Positions 44,353-55,262 are shown, counted from the first letter of the stretch. The stretch is DNA of 64,000 bases from Thecamonas trahens ATCC 50062 (GCF_000142905.1 NW_013657647.1:316598-380597); one strand, 5' to 3'. Notes: generated by a model not told the origin, from the sequence alone. A program made the numbers and translations.

Positions 44353-47300
44353 ATGGCGAGCCGTAGTCGCCAGCAAGAGCCGGCAAGGAAAGGGCCGAGC
44401 CCGAGTCGGAGCCGGGCCTCGAGACCGAGTCGTCGTCGTCGGGCGCCAAGGACGGGCGATGGCGATGGCGGCAGGAGAGTGGCAGCGAGTCCATACGACA
44501 CGGGAGATTACGAGGTGAGGTGGGGCGGGGCTGAGGTCAATGGCAAGAGCAAGAGCAAGAGCAAGAGCAAGAGCAAGGGAAGGAGCCGGAAGTCGCGAGG
44601 TGATGATGGTCGGCGAGGCGGCGGAGAGCTCGCCGGCCCGCTGTTTGTAGCCGAAGTGACCGAGGCGTTCCGGGCCAAGGTGGCACGGCTGAAGGCGAAG
44701 CAGGCGAAGCAGGTGGCAGCGATGCGTGAGGTCTCGCTCGCAGCGTACCAGCGACTGCACGCGCGGTACAAGGCGAAGCAGGAGAAGATCCGCGCCGATG
44801 CCGAGCGCAACGGTGCAGTCTCACAAGCATCCAAGGCCAAGATGGCCAAGATGCGGGCGCAGCGCGATGAGGCGCGGGAGGCAGGTGCGGCGCGAAAGAA
44901 GGCGCTGGCCAAGGCCGAGCGCGAGACCAAGCGCGAGCGGATGGCGCGAAAAGAGGCCGAGGGCAGGCTGGAGTCGGCGCTGGCGGCCCGCGACGCCTAC
45001 CGCCACGAGGTCGCGGCTGTCTCGGAGCAGCTGGAGAGTGCCAAGGCTGAGTTTGACGCTCAGCTTCGACACCTGGCGTCGGGAGCGTCGTCCGATGCCA
45101 CCCTGGCCGCTCGCGAGATGCAGCGGATGCGCGAGGCGCACGAAAGGCAGATCGCGCAATGGCGCGAGCGGCTGCGGCTCAAGGACGCTGAGAATGAGTC
45201 GGACAAGCTCGTAGCAGGTATGGCTGAGATGCGGAGCTCGTACGAGGCTGAGCTAGCGGCCGTCACCGCCCAGCTGGAGGCCGCCAACGAGAGCGTGGCG
45301 CGGCTCGAGCTTGACGTCGCCCGCGCCCACGAGGCGCTCGCCGAAGCGCGTGCCGCCAGCGACGCCCATCTGCGGCAGGCCGCACAGATTGCCGGCGCCG
45401 AGTCGAAGCTCGCGCGATACCGCGAGGTTGTGGTGCGGCTCCTCGCTGAGCCCGGGATGAGCGTGAGCGAGGCCGAGGTCGGCGAGTGGATGGCCGGCGC
45501 CGAGATCCCGCCGCCACCGCCGCCACCGCCTGTAGGGCAGGTTGTGGTGAGGGTGGAGGAGAGGGCTGTGGTGGAGAATGCCAAGATGGAGGCTAAGGTG
45601 GAGGTGGATGCTGAGGCCGAGGCGAAGGCTGAGGCTGAGGCTGAAGCGAAGGCGAGAGTCGAGGCTGAAGCAAAGTCTGAGGCTGAAGCAAAGGCAAAGG
45701 CAGATGCTAAGGCAAAGGTCGAGGCTGAAGCGAAGGCTGAGGCTGAAGCGAAGGCGAAGGCGAAGGCTGAGGCTGAAGCAAAGGCGAAGGCTGAAGCGAA
45801 GGCGATGGCCGAGGCTGAAGCAAAGGCTGAGGCTGAAGCAAAGGCGAAGGCTGAGGCTGAGGCTGAAGCAAAGGCTGAGGCTGAAGCAAAGGCGAAGGCC
45901 GAGGCTGAGGCTGAAGCAAAGGCGAAGGCTGAAGCAAAGTCTGAGGCTGAAGCAAAGGCAAAGGCAGATGCTAAGGCAAAGGTCGAGGCTGAAGCGAAGG
46001 CGAAGGCTGAGGCTGAAGCGAAGGCGAAGGCGGAGGCTGAGGCTGAAGCGAAGGCGAGGGTCGAGGCTGAAGCAAAGTCTGAGGCTGAAGCAAAGGCAAA
46101 GGCAGATGCAAAGGCGATGGCCGAGGCTGAAGCGAAGGCGAAGGCTGAAGCGAAGGCCGAGGCTGAAGCAAAGGCGATGGCCGAGGCGAAGGCGAAGGCT
46201 GAAGCGAAGGCGAAGGCTGAAGCGAAGGCGAAGGCTGAAGCGAAGGCGATGGCCGAGGCTGAAGCAAAGGCGAAGGCTGAGGCTGAAGCAAAGGCGAAGG
46301 CTGAGGCTGAGGCTGAAGCAAAGGCGAAGGCCGAGGCTGAGGCTGAAGCAAAGGCGAAGGCCGAGGCAAAGGCAAAGGCTGAAGCAAAGGCGGAGGCCGA
46401 AACTGAGACAGAGGCCGAGGCTGAAGCAAAGGCTGAAGCAAAGGCGGAGGCCGAAGCTGAGACAGAGGCCGAGTCCGATGCACCACAATCGCTGTTTGGT
46501 GCAAGTGTGGCCCGCAAGCGCCCACAAGCGCCGCCGCCTTCTTCTGATCCGGGCCGCTGCTCGGCGGACGGATGTGACTGCAGCGAGTTCACGTCCTCAC
46601 CGTTTGGCTTCAAGAAATCGCAGTGCGTCACATGTTTCCACACCAAGGACGACCACTGCGGGTCATCGCCTGCAACTGACGCTGCTCCAGCACCCGCAAC
46701 TGCGGCTGCAAAGGCAGATCCCGAGCCCGCATCCGAGCCTGGGCCCGAGCCTGAACCCAAGTCTGCTTCTCCCACAGAGACATCCGCAGACGCCGACGTG
46801 GCCGCGCTACTGGCCGGTCTCGAGGACGACGACGATGACGACGATGATGGCGGTGACGACGGCGGCGCCGATCTCGCGGCTCTGCTGGCTGCTTCCGCTG
46901 GTGATGACGAGCCTGAAGCGAAACCCGCCCCCGCACCGAAGACCAAGCCTCCGCCACCACCAGGCCCGCCGCCGCCTGAGCCTGCTTCTCCCGCAGAAGC
47001 ATCCGCAGACGCCGACGTGGCCGCGCTACTGGCCGGTCTCGAGGACGACGACGATGACGACGATGATGGCGGTGACGACGGCGGCGCCGATCTCGCGGCT
47101 CTGCTGGCTGCTTCCGCTGGTGATGACGAGCCTGAAGCGAAACCCAAGCCGCCACCGCCGCCTGGCCCTCCACCGCCGGTGCGGGCCCCGGCGCGGGTGA
47201 TGATGGCAGTGACAATGACGGCGGCGACGACCTTGCTGCTCTGCTGGCTGCCGCTGGTGATGATAAGCGCGAGGCGAAACCCAAGCCGCCGCCGCCGCCC

Positions 47301-47696
47301 GGCCCTCCGCCGCCAGAGCTGAAAGCCGCGGAAACGACTGGGGACGACAATATTGCGGCGCTCCTCGACGGTCTGGAGAACGACGATGACGATGATGACG
47401 ATGGTGGTGACGATCTTGCAGCTCTCCTCGCTGCCGCTGGTGGCGACGACAATGATGACGATGACGATGGTGGTGACGATCTTGCTGCTCTCCTCGCTGC
47501 CGCTGGTAGCGACAACGACGACGACGGTGACGATGACGACATGGCTGCCCTCCTTGCCGGCCTCGAAGACGACGCCGACGACAACGACGACGCCCATGAT
47601 CTCGCCGCTCTCCTCACTGCCGCAGAGGGCAGCACGTCTGCCATCGATCCCATCGCTGCTGGCGATTCCCTTCTCGCCGAGCTTGACGACTGGTAG
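44353..47696 (+). CDS. Coiled-coil, AEAK-repeat, Cys/His Zn motif and acidic/Pro-rich repeat protein ending DDW; ~1114 aa with one -1 frameshift (~47186-47189)
   Basis: Acidic DLAALL repeats continue in the -1 frame to TAG at 47694-47696. Confidence 0.75.
45590..46470 (+). repeat. Coding Ala-Glu-Lys low-complexity repeat
   Basis: GAGGCT/GAAGCR/AAGGCN hexamers. Confidence 0.95.
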
Positions 47697-47858
47697 TCGA
47701 GAGAATACACACAGATGAAATCCGACTGCGGCGTCAGCCGCCCCGCCCCCCTAGCGCCGAGCACCAACTGGTTCGTGTCAGTCGCGTCAAACTCTGCTCG
47801 CGGGTCGTCACAGCCGAAGGGCATTCATTGGCAAGGGCAAGGACGTCACGAGCCAACC

Positions 47859-47973
47859 ATGGCGCGCCGCAAGCGCAAACGCTCAGACAAGTCACAACTC
47901 GAGGCTCCATCTGGCGCCAACAAGCTGCCCCATGCCGGTGGCCCGGGTCGGGGTCGCGGTCGGGGTCGCGGTG

Positions 47974-48016
<43 letters not shown>

Positions 48017-48968
48017 CGGACGCGGACGCGGTCGGGGTCGGGGTCAGAGTCAGAGCAAAGCTGGCTCGAGCTCTGTCGCAGGACCAAGCGTATCAAAGTC
48101 CGAGAAGGGCAAGTCGGATGTCGAGAACTCGACAGATGGTAGCCATGGCGATGGCAACGAGGGCAATCGGATGGTCGGCAGTGATCGGCTTGCTGCGGCT
48201 GACAGAGATGGCCGTGGTGTGGAGCACTTGGTGTGCTCAATGTGCGAGGTGAAGGCGTGCGCGGATGATATCGCTGAGCACTCGCGTTGGGTCCACTCTG
48301 GCGAGAAGCGGATCACCAAGGCCGAGATCAACCAGCTGCCGCTGTTCAGCATGCGCGAGGCACGAGGCTCCATCGTGGTCATCGAGACCGTGGCCCAGAT
48401 GCGTGCAGCGTGTGCAAGCATGGCCAAGGCTGTTGCGAGCGGTTCGCTTACCGCTGTTGGCTTTGATACCGAGTGGCGGCCCAACTTTCGCAAGGGCGCC
48501 AAGCCGAACCCAGTGGCACTCGTCCAGATCACCCGCGACGACTACGCTCTCACGTATCTGTTCCCTGTTGGCCGGTTGCGGACGCTCGGGCCGCTCATCC
48601 CGCTCTTTGAGGAACCGCGCCTCACCAAGTACGCCGTCGGTGTCGCCTCGGATCTGCACAAGCTCCGCCAGCAGGCCCAGTTTACTCCAGCCGGCTTTGT
48701 CGACATCTCGACCATGGCCAGTGACGTCGGTTTTACCTCGGTTTCGCTCCGCGGCCTCGTTGCCCTCATCTTTGGCCTTCGCATTGGCAAGGGCGCGCAG
48801 ATGTCCAACTGGGCGGCATGGCCGCTCAAGGCCAAGCAGATCTCCTACGCCGCCGCCGACTCGTTCTGCTCGCTCCATCTGGGCCGTTTCTTTGACCGCT
48901 CCTGCCTCTATCGCAGCTCCCTCTACGAAGCCAGCCACTTTGATCTCCCCGAATCGTCCTTTCCCTAA
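47859..48968 (+). CDS. DEDDy 3'-5' exonuclease (WRN-exo/EXD2-like) with RG repeat and C2H2-like motif, 369 aa
   Basis: VGFDTEWRP, VALVQI, VASDL, SNW..PL...QISYAAAD. Confidence 0.88.
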
Positions 48969-49217
48969 CCTCGCCTCGCCTCGCCTCGCGCCCTCCTGCA
49001 CCCGTTCATGTGAGGATAGCCTCATCACCGCTCGGGCACAATCATATACTCTCTCGTACAAACAATGGTACGCTTGCTTCAAAATCTTAGTGCCCTTGTT
49101 CCGTCGTTCGCTCATCGCTCAATCAATCGTTCCTCCGTTTGTTGCCGTCTTCAATTATTTGCGCACTTTGCATAATCGTCAAACGAGTCGTGAAGCAACA
49201 GCTCTCTGACCAACACA

Positions 49218-50073
49218 ATGGTACGATACCACGACGAGGGACCAGGGCACGAAGCCCTTCCCCCCTCCCTTCCCCCCTCCCTCCCCGGCCGCCTACCACG
49301 TACACACACACACACACACACTGTCCCCCACCAGTATCCCCCCTCTGTACCCTTCGTCAAGCTGTTCCAGCTGTGGCTTGGGTTGCGGTGGGTGTGATGA
49401 GCGAGGTCGGGCGGTGGTGGTCTGATGGGAGAGCATTGCCAGGGTACCAATCCCACCCTTAGCCATACGAGGACTACTTCCACCACCCTACGGACACACT
49501 CTGTCTACGCCATACCTATACCCTTGCTCTTAGTCCCTCCCTTGCTCTCGCTCCTTCCTCCATCCCCTTGAACTTGCCTCCCTCTACCAACCACACCCCC
49601 TCCCCGCCCACGTATTTTTACTCTTTGGTTTTGTATGACTTTGTCCCCCCACACCCACACCCACACCCACACCCACCTCCGCCAAGTCATACACACACTC
49701 CCTCCCCCCCCCCCTCCCCTCCCCCTTCATACCAATACTCCCTCCTCCGTCCACTCACTCTCTCTCTCCTCTTGAATCCGCGCCTCGCTTGTCCCCCTCC
49801 CCTCCTCGAACAACAACTCGGTCGCTCTCGTGTCATCGACCCTCCCGTCCGCCCTCTCTCCCCCCTTCTCCCTCTGACTTGTGTCTGTGTTTATGTTTGT
49901 ATGGTTGTTACCTGGTGTAGGCTGCCCACAAGCGTCTTAAGACCAAGAAGATCCTCGCCAAGAAGGCCCGGCAGAACCGCCCGCTCCCGCAGTGGATCCG
50001 CCTCCGGACCGGCAACAAGATCCGGTACAACGCCAAGCGCCGCCACTGGCGCCGCACCAAGCTCAACATCTAA
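49218..50073 (+). CDS. RPL39: 60S ribosomal protein eL39; exons 49218-49220 (ATG) and 49921-50073
   Basis: [44 protein letters not shown]; absent from the ORF track; alternative ATG|gt at 49065. Confidence 0.95.
49327..49499 (+). ncRNA. Candidate intronic H/ACA snoRNA
   Basis: Hairpin (CCCACCAG/CTGATGGG, TTCGTCA/TGATGAG), H box AGAGCA 49430-49435, hairpin (CCAGGGT/ACCCTACGG), ACA 49494-49496. Confidence 0.55.
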
Positions 50074-50391
50074 GTCAGCTCATGGAGTGTCCTAGATAAA
50101 CAGAGCGTGCTGCCATATCCCTTGCCTCTCTAGCCTCCCCTCCCCCTACTCTCCGTCGCGGTTGTCCCTTGTCATGCTCCCACCACCGCCGTGCTGATGA
50201 CCAGTCGCCCGCATCGACCCCCGATAGCGATCATGGCATGAGTCTGAAGCCGACATCATTAGCGGCCCTGCCAGCTGGATGCGCTCTGCCAGTCCCGATG
50301 TCTCCGATGTGCGGACTCTGTCACCGCAAATGAGCCACTGCAGCAGCAGTGGCAACAGAAGACACACACGTGACTCGCACGCAGCTGCGCC

Positions 50392-51639
50392 ATGCTCTTG
50401 CACCTTAGCTCTGCGGCGGGGACGACCATGGCTGTATTCATGATCATTGCAGCACTCGGAGTGGTGAGTGCAACCACAAGCATGGGTCAAGCCCAACTCG
50501 TACCGCCGCCAGATGATCTGCTCGCTGCTGTTGCCCATGACCAACCTCTGTGGAGCCGTGAGCGTGTCCACTCTTTTGCGGAAATTATGATTAATCGCAA
50601 AGTCCTCGATGTCGAGTACGCGGAGGAGGCTGATATGCCAAAGATGGAGTTCGAGAGTGTCAACTGTCCACGGTTGACTCAGCGCTCACCGCCGGATCAT
50701 GTTGGCGTGGTCAAGCCGGTGGACATTGCTGCTATGGGCGCCATCGGCGACTCGTTCACCACGGCCTCCAACGCGCTCTCGACCTCGTGGTTCGATCTCA
50801 ACTGGTTTCCCGGCGTGGCATGGTCGATGGGTGCCGACGAGGGCGTTATTTCGGCATACAACATCATGAAGGCGATCGGAAGGCCGGATGTGGTGGGCGG
50901 CTCGGTCGGTGTCGGCGACGTCGGCGCCAACATGCACTGCAACCAGGCCGTGGCCGGCTCGCACGTCCAGGCCCTCATCAACCAGACCTACGCCCTCATC
51001 GACGCCTTCAAGGCCGAGCTCAATGAGACTGGATACGCGACCGAGTGGAAGACAGTCTCTGTCTACATCGGCGGCAACAACCTATGCGATTACTGCCGCA
51101 AGCCCGGCCCCAACACGCCCGAGGTCTACGAGCTCAATCTGCGCGCCGCCTTTGACGTCCTCGCCACCATTCCACGGGTCATTGTCTCGGTTGTACCCAT
51201 TGTGGACGGCACACAGATGTGCCCGCTGATGGGTCCGTTCTGTCACATCGCGCTCGACAAGCTCTGCCCGTGCTTCATCTCGTCCAACGCCACCGAGCGG
51301 GCGATTACTCTGCAAGGTGTCGCTGCCTACAACTCGGCCATGCAGGTTGTGGTCAACGATTACAACGCCAAGACCGGATCGGACTGGGCCGCCGTCTTCC
51401 AGCCGTTTTTTGCCGGCCTCCGCGTACCGGAGGGTAAGGCCGGCAAGGCCTGGTTCGACCGCGCAGACTGCTTCCACCCGTCGGCTGTCCCCGGCCACAA
51501 GATGATCGGCATCGGCATGTGGAACAACATGATCTCGCCTCTTGGCGCAAAGGAGACTCTCACGCCTGAGACCACGCTCAAGTGCCCCACCGACGCCGAC
51601 TACATCTACACTGCCAAAACGCCCGCGACCACGGTGTAG
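50392..51639 (+). CDS. Secreted phospholipase B1-like SGNH/GDSL lipase, paralogue A
   Basis: IAAMGAIGDSFT, NQAVAGS, WK.V..YIGGNNLC, DCFHPS. Confidence 0.9.
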   Translation: MLLHLSSAAGTTMAVFMIIAALGVVSATTSMGQAQLVPPPDDLLAAVAHDQPLWSRERVHSFAEIMINRKVLDVEYAEEADMPKMEFESVNCPRLTQRSPPDHVGVVKPVDIAAMGAIGDSFTTASNALSTSWFDLNWFPGVAWSMGADEGVISAYNIMKAIGRPDVVGGSVGVGDVGANMHCNQAVAGSHVQALINQTYALIDAFKAELNETGYATEWKTVSVYIGGNNLCDYCRKPGPNTPEVYELNLRAAFDVLATIPRVIVSVVPIVDGTQMCPLMGPFCHIALDKLCPCFISSNATERAITLQGVAAYNSAMQVVVNDYNAKTGSDWAAVFQPFFAGLRVPEGKAGKAWFDRADCFHPSAVPGHKMIGIGMWNNMISPLGAKETLTPETTLKCPTDADYIYTAKTPATTV

Positions 51640-51813
51640 TGCCATCACTCGGCACTGTCCGCGACGAGATACTGGCGGGCCGTGGCATGCGTATTTTAAA
51701 GACAGCGGCAGCCAAGTAATTGGATCGAGGGCCGCAGGCCTAGCACAAGATCAGCCATGAGCTGGAGGCGTCGGCTGCGTGGCTAATGCAGCAGCAGCGC
51801 GGTTTGGGATTGA

Positions 51814-52164
51814 CCCAGCCGCCGATGTCGCAGCGCTGACTGCGGCGCTCCAGGCGACATCGCGCGCATTTCCGCCGTCCTATCGGTGGCACGAGGACTT
51901 TACCCTCAAGTTTCTTCTCAATCTGTTTGACGTGGCACAGGAGCTGGACCAGTGACGCCGCAGCAATAGCAAGCAGGCTGGGGATGGCTGTCTTTATCGG
52001 CACCGACGATCGCCACAGCCCGTACGACAGTGCAGGATGTGGCGGTCGGGGCAAAGCAAGACTAGGCTACGACGCAACTAAGAGGCCAGGACGATTAGAG
52101 GAGGGCGGCGATAGCAGCGATGGTGGCGACGACAAAGGTGGCAGCAACCGAGGGGATGGCGGTG
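51814..52164. repeat. Left arm of inverted duplication (partner 58156-58511); includes a decayed 3' fragment of UBE3D on +
   Basis: Reverse-complement match, e.g. TTTCTTCTCAATCTGTTTGACGTGGC vs GCCACGTCAAACAGATTGAGAAGAAA. Confidence 0.92.
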
Positions 52165-52841
52165 AAGGCGGCCGAAGTCGACGGCTTGGTCGCGGCCTCG
52201 CCGTGGTTGTCGGTCATGACAACAGAGAGCTTGCCAGTCGAGTCGGCAGTAATGGCGGCATAGTAGGCCTTGCCCTTGAGAGCGTTCAGCTGGGCGCCGG
52301 TGATCTCAAAGGCGGGGATGCTGGAGGTGCCGTTGACGGCCTCCCAGGTGAAGGAGATCTTCGCCGCGGTGCCGGAAAGGGTGGCAGCAATAGCGCTACC
52401 GTAGGCGACGGTGCCATCGCGCGAGCCGGCAGACGACGCAACCACACCAGCGGTGACACCGTAGTTGACCGTGTACATCTTGAAGCCGCTAGAGTCGGGC
52501 GCGCCGGAAAGGACGTCGACGTCGACGGTGGTGTCAGCCGGGCCAGTCTTGCCAAAGACAAAGACGCGGTCGGTGAGGGCAAGCGATGCGGTGGCAGTGG
52601 CGACAGAGGCACCGGCAGCAGTCACGTTGATCTGGACGTTCGAGCCGATGGGGCCGTCCTCGACAAAGGCGCACGCGCCGTTGGTGAGGGCGGTGGTCTG
52701 GGCGGTGGTGTTGGTGTCGGACAGCTCGACAATAATCGAGGAGGGGCCAGCGGCCGAGTAGTAGCACACAGCCGTGCCGTGATGGGCAGCGACAGCGGCA
52801 ACGAGCGCAACAAGCACAGTAGCAAAGACAACAAAGTTCAT
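52095..52841 (-). CDS. Secreted, probably GPI-anchored beta-sandwich surface protein, 248 aa
   Basis: Signal peptide, Thr/Ala/Gly-rich strands, small-residue site followed by hydrophobic C-terminus. Confidence 0.8.
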   Translation of the reverse strand: MNFVVFATVLVALVAAVAAHHGTAVCYYSAAGPSSIIVELSDTNTTAQTTALTNGACAFVEDGPIGSNVQINVTAAGASVATATASLALTDRVFVFGKTGPADTTVDVDVLSGAPDSSGFKMYTVNYGVTAGVVASSAGSRDGTVAYGSAIAATLSGTAAKISFTWEAVNGTSSIPAFEITGAQLNALKGKAYYAAITADSTGKLSVVMTDNHGEAATKPSTSAAFTAIPSVAATFVVATIAAIAALL

Positions 52842-53648
52842 CTTGGTAATAGTGTTGAGTGTGGTGGGGTGCGAAGAGTTGCCGATGATGTGGAAGGGCG
52901 GCGACCTGGCTTGGTTGCTTCGTACATTTTTTCAATTCCGCCGCGTCAACCGAACTCCCGCACCTCTGCCTCCTCGGCCACATGGCGACCTGGACGTGTA
53001 AGGCGAGAGAGAGGCAGGTACCAGCATTGCGTGGGAGAGGCCTGAGTGTAACAAGAAAGCATGCAGGAGGACAGTGGACAGAACGGGGTCTGCCGCGCCA
53101 TTGGCTGCGGGCTGTTGCCCCGTGCTCACAGCCCACGTGGTCTGCTGCGCATGCGTTGTGATTGGCGCACGAGGACAACTTTGTGTCAATTGATGGCGCC
53201 ATCAGTCATGGCCGTGACACTTGCCGCGCAGATATTGACGACGACGACCAGATGGTGAGGGAATGTGGCGAGCACACACGTCGACCCAATTTGTTGTGGT
53301 TTGCCGTTGTTGTGAACGCGACGTGGGCACCTGCAGCCGGCTGGCGATGATTGCAATGACTGACTGCAATGACTGAGCGGCAGGCTACGGACGTGGACAT
53401 CACGTGTCTGGCGAGCAATCATGTGTATCTTAAGCAAGGTAATCCATATACATATACATGCCGCCAACATGGAACAGTCCGTTCTCAGGCATGCTAGCGT
53501 GGAAGACCATAACGTGCGAGAGGCAAGACGTCAAGAAACCACACAAAAAACGAGGCGCACATGTGGAAATGGCCGCCATGACGGAGACGTGCCACGTGAT
53601 CCCCCACGAGACTCGGTGGGGAGAACGTAGACCCGACTCTTTAGAAGC

Positions 53649-55037
53649 ATGACATGGTCACATGCTGTGAAAGTAGCCATAGTCATGGCATGTGTTATGG
53701 CTATGGTACTGGGTACGGATGTGGCTGTGGTGGGCGAGAGGCGTGCATTGGCCGAGGGCCAGGCGGAGGAGGTGGCGGTGGCATGGGAGGCGCTGCCCGA
53801 ACCGCCGCACGAGTTTGTGACCATGATTGCCAACGAGTACCGATACTTGGAGCCGACAGAGGTGATGTATGTGGCCAAAGCCTTCTTCAATCGCAAGCAT
53901 CTGGATCCTGATTATGATGATGAACTGATCGAGGCTGTGGCTGTGGAGAGGAGCCATCGCCGTGGTGACGGTGATCGGTCGGCTCGCTCCGGTCGGGAAG
54001 CTGCGATGAGGCTTGGTGGTGGGGTGGAGATGAGCTGCCAGCGGCTGACGCAGCGGTCACCGCCGGATCATGTGGGGCTGGTCAAGCCGGTGGACATTGC
54101 AGCCATGGGTGCGATTGGTGACTCGTTTACGGTGGCGTCCAACGCGCTGTCGACGACGTGGCTCAACATGAACTGGTTCCCAGGCCTGTCGTGGTCGATG
54201 GGTGCAGACGAGGGCACCATGTCGGCATACAACATGATGCGAGCCACGGGTCGGCCGGATGTGGTGGGCGGGTCTGTTGGCGTCGGCGACGTCGGCGCCA
54301 ACATGCACTGCAATCAGGCGATTGCCGGCTCGACGGTGCAAGACATGCCGAACCAGACGTACGCGCTGATCGAGGCGTTCAAGACGCAGCTCAACGAGAC
54401 CGGGTATGCAACCGAGTGGAAGACAGTGACTGTGTTTATTGGCGGCAACAACCTGTGTCAGTACTGCAAGAAGCCCGGCCCCAACTCGCCGCAGGTGTAC
54501 GAGGCCGGCCTCCGGGCGGCATTCGATGTTCTCGCCACCATTCCGCGAGTCATTGTCTCGATTGTGCCGATTTTTGACGGGACGCAGCTTCGCGAGTTCA
54601 TGGGTCCCTTCTGCCACCTCGTACTCGACAAGCTCTGCCCGTGCTTCATCTCGTCCGACGATGGGGTGCTGGAGCAGTCGCGACACAACATCGCGACGTT
54701 CAACGGCATCATGGAGGACATTGTGGCCGAGTACAACAACCAGACCGGCTCGGACTGGGCGGCAGTCTTCCAGTCATACCTCGCGGGTCTCCGCGTTCCG
54801 CACGGCGAGGCTGGCAAGGAGTGGCTCTCCCGCGCCGATTGCTTCCACCCGTCTGGCCACCGCGGGCAGCCGATGATCGGCATGGGCATGTGGAACTCGA
54901 TGATTTCACCCGTCGGCGCCAAGCCGACGCTCACCCCTGAGACAACTCTCAAGTGCCCTACCGATGACGACTACCTCTTCACGCCCAAGACATTGCCGTC
55001 CAAGATCGTGACGTCCAAAGGCAAGGCTGCGCCGTGA
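53649..55037 (+). CDS. Secreted phospholipase B1-like SGNH/GDSL lipase, paralogue B
   Basis: Same motifs as paralogue A; long shared peptides (RLTQRSPPDHVG, GVGDVGANMHCNQA). Confidence 0.9.
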   Translation: MTWSHAVKVAIVMACVMAMVLGTDVAVVGERRALAEGQAEEVAVAWEALPEPPHEFVTMIANEYRYLEPTEVMYVAKAFFNRKHLDPDYDDELIEAVAVERSHRRGDGDRSARSGREAAMRLGGGVEMSCQRLTQRSPPDHVGLVKPVDIAAMGAIGDSFTVASNALSTTWLNMNWFPGLSWSMGADEGTMSAYNMMRATGRPDVVGGSVGVGDVGANMHCNQAIAGSTVQDMPNQTYALIEAFKTQLNETGYATEWKTVTVFIGGNNLCQYCKKPGPNSPQVYEAGLRAAFDVLATIPRVIVSIVPIFDGTQLREFMGPFCHLVLDKLCPCFISSDDGVLEQSRHNIATFNGIMEDIVAEYNNQTGSDWAAVFQSYLAGLRVPHGEAGKEWLSRADCFHPSGHRGQPMIGMGMWNSMISPVGAKPTLTPETTLKCPTDDDYLFTPKTLPSKIVTSKGKAAP

Positions 55038-55262
55038 AGGATGGATGACCAGCCAGCCGACCGACCACACGGCAACGATGCGACTCCACACATGGAGCGA
55101 TTGAACGCACCTTTGCAGGACCTTGAGAGCACCTCCCCCGTGTGACCAGAGAGGGACCAAGGTTGCGATGCGGGGAGGGGGGCGATGATCAGCCGGTTGG
55201 CGCAGGTTGGTGGCTTGGTTGACTTACGCCAGTTTGGGCACTTGTCGCGAGGAGGAGGAGAG

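Noticed and set aside
45590-46470. Similarity of the AEAK repeat to bacterial TolA
   Set aside because: Compositional convergence only; no TolA domains
49394-49425. C/D box pair (GTGATGA...CTGA)
   Set aside because: Boxes too close for a C/D snoRNA and both are base-paired in the H/ACA model
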